Position numbers and translations under genes: made by a program
Shown here: positions 30,330 through 37,843 of the stretch, piece by piece
Layout of the letters: the number at the start of each line of letters is the position of its first letter
How positions within the stretch are numbered: the first letter of the stretch is position 1
Source: an uncultured Desulfospira sp.
GTDB lineage: Bacteria; Desulfobacterota; Desulfobacteria; Desulfobacterales; Desulfobacteraceae
Direction of reading: 5' to 3'
DNA length: 64,000 bases
Assembly: GCA_963663165.1 (NCBI GenBank)
Contig: OY760175.1
Location: 1,600,001 to 1,664,000, forward strand
The notes under the pieces: model-generated
Told to the model about the DNA's origin: nothing
Databases searched by the model: none
The model's input: only the letters and a program-made list of their open reading frames with translations

Positions 30330-31145
30330 TTACTTCATGTCAACGGCTTTAATCCAGATTACAGCATCCCGTGAACATTCTTTGCCTTTATATGTCCCTT
30401 CGGGGTCCAGACCTAAGGCGGCAAAGCCCCACCAGCCGGCTCTGGGAATGCCAAAGGTAAATACGCCGTTCTCATCGGTAAAAATGGTCTGAAGAACAAA
30501 GGCATCCTGAGGCGCTTCAACCGCACCTTTTTTGGCAAAGGCTTTTTTGTCCAGATCGGGTTCATGGTTCAGGTATTCAATCTCGATTTCCGCTTTGGAT
30601 ACCGGGTGTCCTTTGAACAGACACTGACCCTGGAACACATTGCCGGTCCACCGGTCATAGGGTTTGCACAGGGGAACGATTTCACAATCCAGCCCCACAG
30701 GTTCCATCCAGGCACCGGGCTCTCCGCCCACATTGACGATCACCTTGGTGGTCTGCTGAATATAAGCGTCTTCTTCACCTTCATAGTAAGGCGCCGGCAC
30801 CAGGCAGAAGATATGATCCCCGCCCCTTGCGGTGTATTCGGTTTCAAAGGCGGCCCCGGAATTGGTCAGGCTGGTCCAGGTAATGGGTTTAAGGGACCCT
30901 AAAAGATCACTTTTCTTTGGTTCGTTTTCGCCCCTGGAGCGAACCACAAAAAACTGTTCCGGCTGTCCCATATCCATGGTATGGCCGGCTTCAAAGGGAT
31001 GGGTGAACACCAGGGCCAAAGGAATTTTTCCGCCATTGGCAAGGGCAGCTTCAGGGGTATAGATCATCTGAAAGTGGGCAAAGGCCGGGGCGGCCAGGGC
31101 CAGGGTGGCCGCAAACGCAATCACAAAACCAAGTCTTTTCATCAT
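30330..31145 (-). CDS. DUF4198-family periplasmic Co/Ni-binding protein
   Basis: Signal peptide AFA-HFQM, FTHPFEAGHTMDM, PAPYYE.EED, EIVPL.KPY, GWWGFAAL. Confidence 0.82.
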   Translation of the reverse strand: MMKRLGFVIAFAATLALAAPAFAHFQMIYTPEAALANGGKIPLALVFTHPFEAGHTMDMGQPEQFFVVRSRGENEPKKSDLLGSLKPITWTSLTNSGAAFETEYTARGGDHIFCLVPAPYYEGEEDAYIQQTTKVIVNVGGEPGAWMEPVGLDCEIVPLCKPYDRWTGNVFQGQCLFKGHPVSKAEIEIEYLNHEPDLDKKAFAKKGAVEAPQDAFVLQTIFTDENGVFTFGIPRAGWWGFAALGLDPEGTYKGKECSRDAVIWIKAVDMK

Positions 31146-31180
31146 TTTTTCTCCTTTAAATCATCCGGTTACATTTAAGT

Positions 31181-31498
31181 TTATTCAACAATCTCTTTGC
31201 TCTTCACCTCTATTTGATGCCCTTCACCGGCATCAAACAGAACAGAGTAATCTCCTTTGGGCTTTTCAAAAGTATACTCGCTGTCCTCGTTCATCTTTCC
31301 TTCAAGCAGCACCTTTCCGGCCGGGTCTTTTACCTTCATGGCAACGCCTGACGCTGAAGAGCCGTCAGAAAATCCGCCTTCACAGGTAACGGTCCCGTCT
31401 CCATTGTCATAGCAGGAGCATAAGGGGGTATGGGCGAACCCGACTCCGGTAAAAATAAAACCAAGTGCAAAAAGAGTAAGCCAAACGTGTTTAAACAT
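31181..31498 (-). CDS. small periplasmic protein of Ni/Co transport loci
   Basis: Signal peptide GFA-HTPLCSC, CEGGFSDGSSA, FDAGEGH; AAGGAG RBS. Confidence 0.7.
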   Translation of the reverse strand: MFKHVWLTLFALGFIFTGVGFAHTPLCSCYDNGDGTVTCEGGFSDGSSASGVAMKVKDPAGKVLLEGKMNEDSEYTFEKPKGDYSVLFDAGEGHQIEVKSKEIVE

Positions 31499-31662
31499 GA
31501 TCAATCTCCTTATCTTATACGATTTATTCATTGGCTTAATTCAACAGTTCTTTTAGAAACTCCTTATTTGAAAAAAACCACAATTCATATTGAATAATAT
31601 TATAAAGTGAAGGCCTAATTTCATTCTTATGTAAACGTCAAATTATAATATTATTTAATAAA

Positions 31663-31678
31663 GTTACTTAGAACTAAC
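31663..31678. promoter_or_regulatory. candidate DtxR-type operator (one mismatch)
   Basis: GTTACTTAGAACTAAC upstream of the metal-uptake operon; matches TTAG-N6-CTAA at 7/8. Confidence 0.6.
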
Positions 31679-31769
31679 CTGAATACGGAGACCATATATC
31701 CCATGAACGGCATTTCATGTCAAGCGATTAAAAAAAATTCATTTGAAAGAAATCTCTGTGAGGGCCTGC

Positions 31770-32675
31770 TTACGCCACAAGGAACAGACCGCCCAAAGCG
31801 GCCACCAGTATCCCCGAAACCGCCTGGATAAGGGCTTCCGGGCGTGCCAGATCCCAGGGCAGGCGGGCAGCGCCGGCAACCAGGGTCTGCCGGCCCATAA
31901 GGGAAAGAACAACGACCGTTGAAAGGGTGAAGGCCATGCCGGTGCCAATGGCAACCCCTAGAGCGATGCCCAAGCCCAAGGCATCCATGGACAGACAGAA
32001 CAAGGTGGCCATCACCACCCCGGGACAGGGGATCAGGCCCATGGCCACCGCTGCGAAAAAACCGAGAACCGGTTTTTCATCCTTAAGTTTTTCATGGGGT
32101 TTTGCCCGAAGCCGGATAACGGCATCCGCAAACAGATATACCCCTAAGGCCAGGATCAGGGAGAAACTGACCTGCTGGGTGATCCTTGTAACCTGCTCCA
32201 ATGAGGCATTGACAGAATAGTGAAGAACGGCCTTGACCATAATGACCAGCAGCATGCCGGAACCCGCATGGGTAAATGCCAGGATAACGGCAAACAAAAT
32301 CCCCCGGGCCAGCCCGGGCCGGGCCCCCACCACATAAGAAGCGGCCGCGGCCTTGCCGTGCCCCGGCCCTGCAGAATGGACCACCCCGTAAACAAACCCC
32401 AAAGCCAGCACCAGAGCAACCGGGCCGTATTGGCCGTTTTCCCGGGCACTGCGGATCAGGTAGCTCATCTTTTCACGCAGCAGCTGCTGCCAGCGGACAA
32501 TGGTCAGGGACAACCCTGAACCCGGGCCCGGCCCTGCCTTTTCGGTTCTTACAACAGGGGATTGTTTCTGGGTAAAGGGATTGGCACACACCTTTGAATC
32601 TGTCAGGAGAATACCGGCCATCAGCAGGCCGGCCATCAGGCCAATGGCCCCGGCATTAAAAAACGTTGAATTCAT
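31770..32675 (-). CDS. RcnA/HoxN-type nickel/cobalt transporter
   Basis: YGVVHSAGPGHGK, H in TM, GLIPCPG, GMAFT. Confidence 0.85.
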   Translation of the reverse strand: MNSTFFNAGAIGLMAGLLMAGILLTDSKVCANPFTQKQSPVVRTEKAGPGPGSGLSLTIVRWQQLLREKMSYLIRSARENGQYGPVALVLALGFVYGVVHSAGPGHGKAAAASYVVGARPGLARGILFAVILAFTHAGSGMLLVIMVKAVLHYSVNASLEQVTRITQQVSFSLILALGVYLFADAVIRLRAKPHEKLKDEKPVLGFFAAVAMGLIPCPGVVMATLFCLSMDALGLGIALGVAIGTGMAFTLSTVVVLSLMGRQTLVAGAARLPWDLARPEALIQAVSGILVAALGGLFLVA

Positions 32676-33277
32676 GATCCGGCTTTAAAGGTTAAAAACA
32701 AGGCATAAGGATTGACCGTGTCATAGTAAATCAGGGTGGATCTGTCAATATCGGCTTTTGAGGTAACGGTAAAATTATCCGCATTTTCAAACATCAGGTA
32801 TTCTTTTTCCGGAAAATAAATGGCTGAATAAAATTCCGGGTCATAGGGAGAAATCACAACCTTTTTGGGGGTGGGCAGGGCCGTGACATGGCAGGGAATA
32901 AAAAACTCATACACCAGGCTGCCTTTTACCACTTTGGCGTTAAAATCCTTGATAAACGTAACGGCAAAGGGCTTTCCCTCGATTTTAATATGAATGTAAT
33001 AATTGTAAGGGGCAATATAGGAAAATGCCCCTTCCTTGACCGCGGCCACTTCCGTTTGATCCAGGGCACCGTTCCGGTCAAGGTCAAAATCATCCAGGAT
33101 CATGGTGGAAAACATCTCATCAAAGGCCCATTTGACCCGAATTCCGGCCAAGCCATTTTGATCAAACACCACATGGGTCTGCTGGGCAATAAACACGTGG
33201 GGATGGCACATTCCCGTCCCTGCCCCGGCCGCCAGCACTATGATCCCGGCCATTACCGCCGTTAAAATCTGTTTCAT
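32672..33277 (-). CDS. DUF1007-family periplasmic protein
   Basis: Signal peptide then HPHVFI, W.FDEMFS, EF-hand-like DLDRNGALD, YDPEFY; usual partner of RcnA-like genes. Confidence 0.82.
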   Translation of the reverse strand: MKQILTAVMAGIIVLAAGAGTGMCHPHVFIAQQTHVVFDQNGLAGIRVKWAFDEMFSTMILDDFDLDRNGALDQTEVAAVKEGAFSYIAPYNYYIHIKIEGKPFAVTFIKDFNAKVVKGSLVYEFFIPCHVTALPTPKKVVISPYDPEFYSAIYFPEKEYLMFENADNFTVTSKADIDRSTLIYYDTVNPYALFLTFKAGS

Positions 33278-33387
33278 CCTCAATTCCCTAAAATTCCTTT
33301 CCCGGCCTTTATAGTATAGATCAGGGCCGGTTTTCAAGAATTTGGAAACCGGTTCGAGGGAAAGGGCAAAAAAAAGAAATTTTTCTC

Positions 33388-33430
33388 TTGACAGGATATG
33401 ACAACACTTTTATTGTTAGCAAAAACTAAA
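33388..33430 (+). promoter_or_regulatory. sigma70 promoter of flavodoxin overlapped by a TTAG-N6-CTAA operator
   Basis: TTGACA 33388-93, 17 nt spacer, TATTGT 33411-16; GTTAGCAAAAACTAAA 33415-30. Confidence 0.7.
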
Positions 33431-33495
33431 TAATGGAGCTTCACAAAAAAGTATTAAATAAACGAGACTTTCATCTTAATCAAATGGAGACAAAA

Positions 33496-33939
33496 ATGAG
33501 TACCGCTTTAATTGTTTACGGGTCCACCACAGGCAACACGGAATTCACCGCAGAAACCATTGAAGGCAGCCTTTCGGACAGCGGTTATAATGTGACCGTC
33601 CTCAATGCAGCCAACACCACCCCTTCTGTCCTCAACGATGAGTATGACCTGTATCTTCTGGGCAGTTCCACCTGGGGAGACGATGATATTGAATTCCAGG
33701 AAGACTTTGCCCCATTTTTTGACGACATGGGCGCGGACATCTCCCTGGAGGGGAAGAAATTTGCCATATTCGGGTGCGGGGACTCCACCTATGAATACTT
33801 TTGCGGTGCCGTAGACGCTCTTGAGGAACGGGTCCAGAAAATGGGCGCAAAGCTCATTTGTGATGGCCTTAGAATTGACGGCGACCCCGAAGAAGACGAA
33901 ATCAAAGAATGGGCACAGGACATCATCAATGCCGCATAA
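33496..33939 (+). CDS. fld: short-chain flavodoxin
   Basis: YGSTTGNTE, GSSTWG, FGCGDS.YEYFCGAVD; GGAG RBS before MSTAL. Confidence 0.93.
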   Translation: MSTALIVYGSTTGNTEFTAETIEGSLSDSGYNVTVLNAANTTPSVLNDEYDLYLLGSSTWGDDDIEFQEDFAPFFDDMGADISLEGKKFAIFGCGDSTYEYFCGAVDALEERVQKMGAKLICDGLRIDGDPEEDEIKEWAQDIINAA

Positions 33940-34318
33940 AAAAAACGATCTTCAAATCAAACATGCCGGCCGGCATGCCGTTTCTCCCAAGCAGTTTAAG
34001 GCCACGCTCAAACTCATCGGCAGCCTGAACCGGACCGGTATGGAAAAGGCAAACCGCGGCCGGTTTGAGCAGGCTTTTCCCGACCTTGAGGATGCCCTGG
34101 GCCTGTCCCGGGATTTAGGCAAAAAATGCCTTGAGGCCAAACTGCTCAACAACCTGGGGATCCTGTATACCATGAGCGGATCCTGGGACAGGGCCATGAT
34201 CCATTATGACAAAGCCCTGACCCTTGTTTTTGACCACTACGGCACAAAGAATTTTCTGTACAAGACGTTACAGAAAAACATCGGCCATATTCTCCATGTG
34301 GCCATTCCGTCTGCATAG
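33929..34318 (+). CDS. small TPR-repeat protein
   Basis: LNRTG....G.FEQA...LEDAL and LLNNLGILY...G.WDRA..HYDKAL; overlaps the flavodoxin stop. Confidence 0.75.
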   Translation: MPHKKNDLQIKHAGRHAVSPKQFKATLKLIGSLNRTGMEKANRGRFEQAFPDLEDALGLSRDLGKKCLEAKLLNNLGILYTMSGSWDRAMIHYDKALTLVFDHYGTKNFLYKTLQKNIGHILHVAIPSA

Positions 34319-34339
34319 CCCTCAAGAGCGAGCCCTCCA

Positions 34340-34387
34340 GGGCGGCCCCCGGAAATCTGCTTTCCGGGACCGCCCGCCTTTTTTTTG
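34340..34387 (+). terminator. intrinsic terminator
   Basis: GC-rich stem gggcgg..ccggaaa/tttccgg..ccgccc followed by a long T-tract. Confidence 0.6.
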
Positions 34388-34429
34388 ACGCGCTGTTTTT
34401 ACATTTTATAATATAAGGAGAATCTCAAA

Positions 34430-35143
34430 ATGAATCGGATTAAACTTGGCATGTGTGTTCTGTTATTAATCTTCGGACTGGCCGGATCAGCCTTTGCAGA
34501 TACTGTAACAGTGAATGCGACCGACAGCCTTAACATTGACGGCACGTCATATAGTTTGGTTTCAGACTCTTATGAAGGCGGCGGCCTGATGTGGGAACCG
34601 TCAGGTACCAGCTATAAAGCCTGCCTGTGCCGAATGGTCGCCTATGGTGCCCTTCAAGCTGTAGCCGGTTACCTTGGCATTACCGACCTGACCTCTTCTG
34701 AAATCAGTATCGTCACCGGATGGAATACCGATGGCCCTGAAGAGTTGTATGAACTTATGGGCTGGACAGGGACAAATTTTTCCTATGCCCAAAACATGAC
34801 CGACAACGCCTCCCTGACCCTGGCGGACGCCTGGTTTGAGTTTACCATTAATGGAACAACTTACAGGGTAACTTCTTCGGCCTTGAACTACGAGTTCACA
34901 GTTGACGGAACTGAGAGCGGCTATGTAGAAGACTATGATTTTTTTGACTACAGAAGCTATGTAAAAAATGGGGGGACCGGGGCTACAAAATCCCTGTTTT
35001 CCAGTAATATCCGCGACCAGATTGCTGACAACCTATCAGGAGTAACCTACTTTGATGTCCAGGCAGTCCCGGTTCCGGGCACAGCCTTTCTCATGGCCTC
35101 AGGCCTTCTGGGACTTTCCGCAATGAACAGAAAAAGAAAATAA
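34430..35143 (+). CDS. exported protein with PEP-CTERM/VPLPA-type sorting signal
   Basis: Signal peptide; C-terminal VPVPGTAFLMASGLLGLSAMNRKRK (motif, TM, basic tail); AAGGAG RBS. Confidence 0.82.
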   Translation: MNRIKLGMCVLLLIFGLAGSAFADTVTVNATDSLNIDGTSYSLVSDSYEGGGLMWEPSGTSYKACLCRMVAYGALQAVAGYLGITDLTSSEISIVTGWNTDGPEELYELMGWTGTNFSYAQNMTDNASLTLADAWFEFTINGTTYRVTSSALNYEFTVDGTESGYVEDYDFFDYRSYVKNGGTGATKSLFSSNIRDQIADNLSGVTYFDVQAVPVPGTAFLMASGLLGLSAMNRKRK

Positions 35144-35146
35144 GAC

Positions 35147-35445
35147 GTAACTGTTCAGCAGTGCCCCATCTTCGCTCATTCAGGCCTTCTCACATAGCAA
35201 CAGTATGCTACGAAGGCCTGACTAAACAAATATGAAGCACTGATGAACAGTTACGGACCCTGGTTTTGCTTAGTTTTCAGCATTAGCTGAATAGTTAGTG
35301 TCTGAACGAAAACCTGGAAATTTTGTCGAGTACAAGGCGGGCTGAAATTTTAACCGGAGGAATACATTGAGTATTTTGAGGATTAAAATTTCAGCCCAAC
35401 GCAGTAATCGGCAAAATTTACGGTTTTCGTTCGGGCACTAGTTAC
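35147..35445. mobile_element. composite palindromic repeat: GTAACT-ended hairpin element with a nested CTGCGTTG/CGCCTTG-family element (35296-35440)
   Basis: gtaactgttca...tgaacagttac hairpin; second end gctgaatagtta|c split by tagtgtctgaacgaaaacc...ggttttcgttcgggcacta. Confidence 0.6.
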
Positions 35446-35480
35446 AATAAGACAAGGTTGAGGGGCCTCACCCCCATCCT

Positions 35481-36977
35481 TCATCCTTCATCCTTCACCC
35501 CTAATTCCAGGGCCTGGTCAATCAAGCGGCAAAGCTGCTCATAAGAGGGGACGCCCACATGGAGTTCCCCGTTGATGATCAGGGTGGGGGTGGATGTAAT
35601 GCCGGCCTGCCGGACGCCCTCAAGCGCCTGGTCCAGTCTTTCAAGTTCTTTGGGGTCAGCCGTGCATTCGTTGAACCGGGCCATGTCCAGGCCCAATTTC
35701 CGGGCATAGGCCAGGGCATCTTCAAAGGCGGGCTTTTCCCCTGAAAACAGCAGATCATGAAACGCCCAGAATTTTCCCTGCTCCTGGGCGCAGCCGGCAG
35801 ACAGGGCAAGCTTTTTGGCCCCGGCATGGATGCTTTCCAACGGGTTGTCTTTGAATACCCATTTAACTTTGTCTTTATAGGTTTCCCTGATCCGTTTGAC
35901 GGTTTCATGGCCCCTCCGGCAGGCGGGGCAAAGATAATCAGACAATTCGACCACCATCACCGGCGCATGGGAAGGGCCGGTTGACGGGCATCCCTCAATA
36001 ACCACGCGAGTGTTTGGCAATGGCGGCTTTTCCAGATGGACGGTTACCGGAAAGGTCTTCTTTAACTGTTCACAATGATTCAGAATCGCTTCGTTTTCCC
36101 CGGCCAGGGTCAGATACTGCCGGATTTTTTGTTTTATCTGCTGTTCACTGCCTGTCCAGTTTCCCCAGCGCCGGTATTGTCTGCTCTGATAATAATATGA
36201 AACGGTTGCATCATCCGGGGCCTTGGCCTTTGATGACAACTCCTTTGTGAGGGCCGCCACCGTAATCCCCTGTTGGGCCGCATCTTTTTCAAGCAGGATT
36301 TCATTGATCCGGTCATCCAGGGCCATTTCTTTCATTCGATAGATCTTGGTCTGCATTTGATAGAGCCTTGTGGTCAAAGGCTGTTCAATCTCTTCTCTGG
36401 TAATTTTTTGCCCATCCACCACGGCCAGGATATCTGACGTCGCTTCCAATGCGGCATGATCGGAAACCGCCCCGTAGGGTGACGCCACCAGGGCATCGGA
36501 AAAGACATAAAAGCAGAGTCCCAGGCTCAACATCCACGGCAGGCGTTTGGGATCAAAAAATGAAAAAAACAGGATGGACATCAGGATAAAATTTACGGCG
36601 CAAAGCACACAGACAAATTTCATCTTCACCATAATCACAATCAGAACCGCCTCGACGCCGCAGCCGGCCATGACGGCAAAAAACAGCCAGGAGGGACGGA
36701 TAAAGTATAAGAGCACAAGAGAAAGGTAATAGGCAATCCCCCACCAGGGAACCGGTATGCCCATCATGGTGTAAGGCACGGTTTCCCGGCACCCGTCACC
36801 AAATGCCCCGCAAAAAGAGGCAATCCATGCCACCCGGGTTTCAAAGGCCGACATGACGGCAGCCGCCACCCCGAGGGCAATCACAATGCCAATGGCCTTT
36901 TTAAAAAATGAAGATCTGTCTTTAAAAGGATTTTTCTGTGTGACGATATTGGGTTGATCTGTTTTGGGCTGCGCCAT
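35481..36977 (-). CDS. VKOR-DsbA/thioredoxin fusion membrane protein
   Basis: N-terminal TMs with C-X7-C loop and CVLC; C-terminal SDYLCPAC and STPT cis-Pro loop. Confidence 0.85.
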   Translation of the reverse strand: MAQPKTDQPNIVTQKNPFKDRSSFFKKAIGIVIALGVAAAVMSAFETRVAWIASFCGAFGDGCRETVPYTMMGIPVPWWGIAYYLSLVLLYFIRPSWLFFAVMAGCGVEAVLIVIMVKMKFVCVLCAVNFILMSILFFSFFDPKRLPWMLSLGLCFYVFSDALVASPYGAVSDHAALEATSDILAVVDGQKITREEIEQPLTTRLYQMQTKIYRMKEMALDDRINEILLEKDAAQQGITVAALTKELSSKAKAPDDATVSYYYQSRQYRRWGNWTGSEQQIKQKIRQYLTLAGENEAILNHCEQLKKTFPVTVHLEKPPLPNTRVVIEGCPSTGPSHAPVMVVELSDYLCPACRRGHETVKRIRETYKDKVKWVFKDNPLESIHAGAKKLALSAGCAQEQGKFWAFHDLLFSGEKPAFEDALAYARKLGLDMARFNECTADPKELERLDQALEGVRQAGITSTPTLIINGELHVGVPSYEQLCRLIDQALELGVKDEG

Positions 36978-37065
36978 TTTTATTTCCCGGTCTGCCTTTA
37001 GCGTCTGTTGAATTTTACAGTAAAGGTCATGTATAGAATTGAATGATTAACGGGTCAAGAAAAAA

Positions 37066-37081
37066 GTTAGCCTGGCTTAAT
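37066..37081. promoter_or_regulatory. candidate DtxR-type operator (one mismatch)
   Basis: GTTAGCCTGGCTTAAT, 7 nt upstream of a minus-strand TTGACC. Confidence 0.5.
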
Positions 37082-37095
37082 AGCCCCGATTCTTC

Positions 37096-37386
37096 CTACA
37101 CCCTGTTTTTCCAATGGCCGGGTTTTCGATGCAGAGTCATTACGGCAACGACTCGTATTTCAGGCGTTTTGATTCGATAAAGAACCGCATAAGGGAAATG
37201 GGAAAATAGATGCCTTCGGATATTACCTTCAATAACAGGCCATGTTTCCGGGAACTCAACTATATTCTTAACAGCAATATCCAAATCTTTTAAAAACTTA
37301 AAACCAAGGTTTTCTGCCTGGATTTCGTAATAAATGGCGGCATCCATCATCTCTTCCTCGGCTTCAGGATGATAAATTACTTGCAC
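37096..37386 (-). CDS. type II toxin, RelE/ParE family
   Basis: YHPEAEEEM.DA..YYE, RRH...FPY.V.Y, VAVM...RKPGHW. Confidence 0.88.
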   Translation of the reverse strand: MQVIYHPEAEEEMMDAAIYYEIQAENLGFKFLKDLDIAVKNIVEFPETWPVIEGNIRRHLFSHFPYAVLYRIKTPEIRVVAVMTLHRKPGHWKNRV

Positions 37387-37610
37387 GACAACGCCTTGGT
37401 TGCCGATTCCATTACTTCGGCATGGGTTTTACATGTCACTCTACCTGCAGATATCTCGCTATCCCTTCTTTTTGCCTCATCCATCCACAGTCTATTGTGA
37501 CTGACAATATCAACATCCACCAGGCTGTCCAGAAGAACGTCTGCCAGAATGGCCCTTGATTTTGGCGGCAAGGATAATGCTTGAGCCGTGACTTCCTCTA
37601 TAGTCGGCAT
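37377..37610 (-). CDS. addiction-module antitoxin
   Basis: ALSLP..SRA.LA..LLDSL, W..EA.RR..EI..G; overlaps the toxin start. Confidence 0.85.
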   Translation of the reverse strand: MPTIEEVTAQALSLPPKSRAILADVLLDSLVDVDIVSHNRLWMDEAKRRDSEISAGRVTCKTHAEVMESATKALSCK

Positions 37611-37843
37611 TGTAATGCCCTCCCCAAATTTTAGTTATTCAGCATCCCTCCCTTAACCAATCTTCAGAGGGAAAAGCCACCTTTTCCGGAAGCTGGGCTT
37701 ATTATAAATTTTGAAACCGTGAAAGTCAAAACCGTTACAGATCAAAACATCATAGATTTGAAAATGGAAACAGAAGGCCGTATGTTGTTTACTCCCATTT
37801 TTGATAACTCGCCTGGGGTTTGACGGTCTTGCGGTTTTTCGTT

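Noticed and set aside
31591..31605. Possible Fur box TGAATAATATTATAA (and a weaker one at 41800-41814)
   Set aside because: Several mismatches in very AT-rich DNA; not distinguishable from background by eye. Fur co-regulation is not excluded.
33272..33282. 11-nt complementarity between the candidate sRNA and the DUF1007 start region
   Set aside because: A few 11-nt matches are expected by chance for a 155-nt query in this window; not evidence on its own.
31499..33432. Cobalamin riboswitch upstream of Co/Ni transport-like genes
   Set aside because: Leaders are short or AT-rich and lack the conserved B12-box elements.
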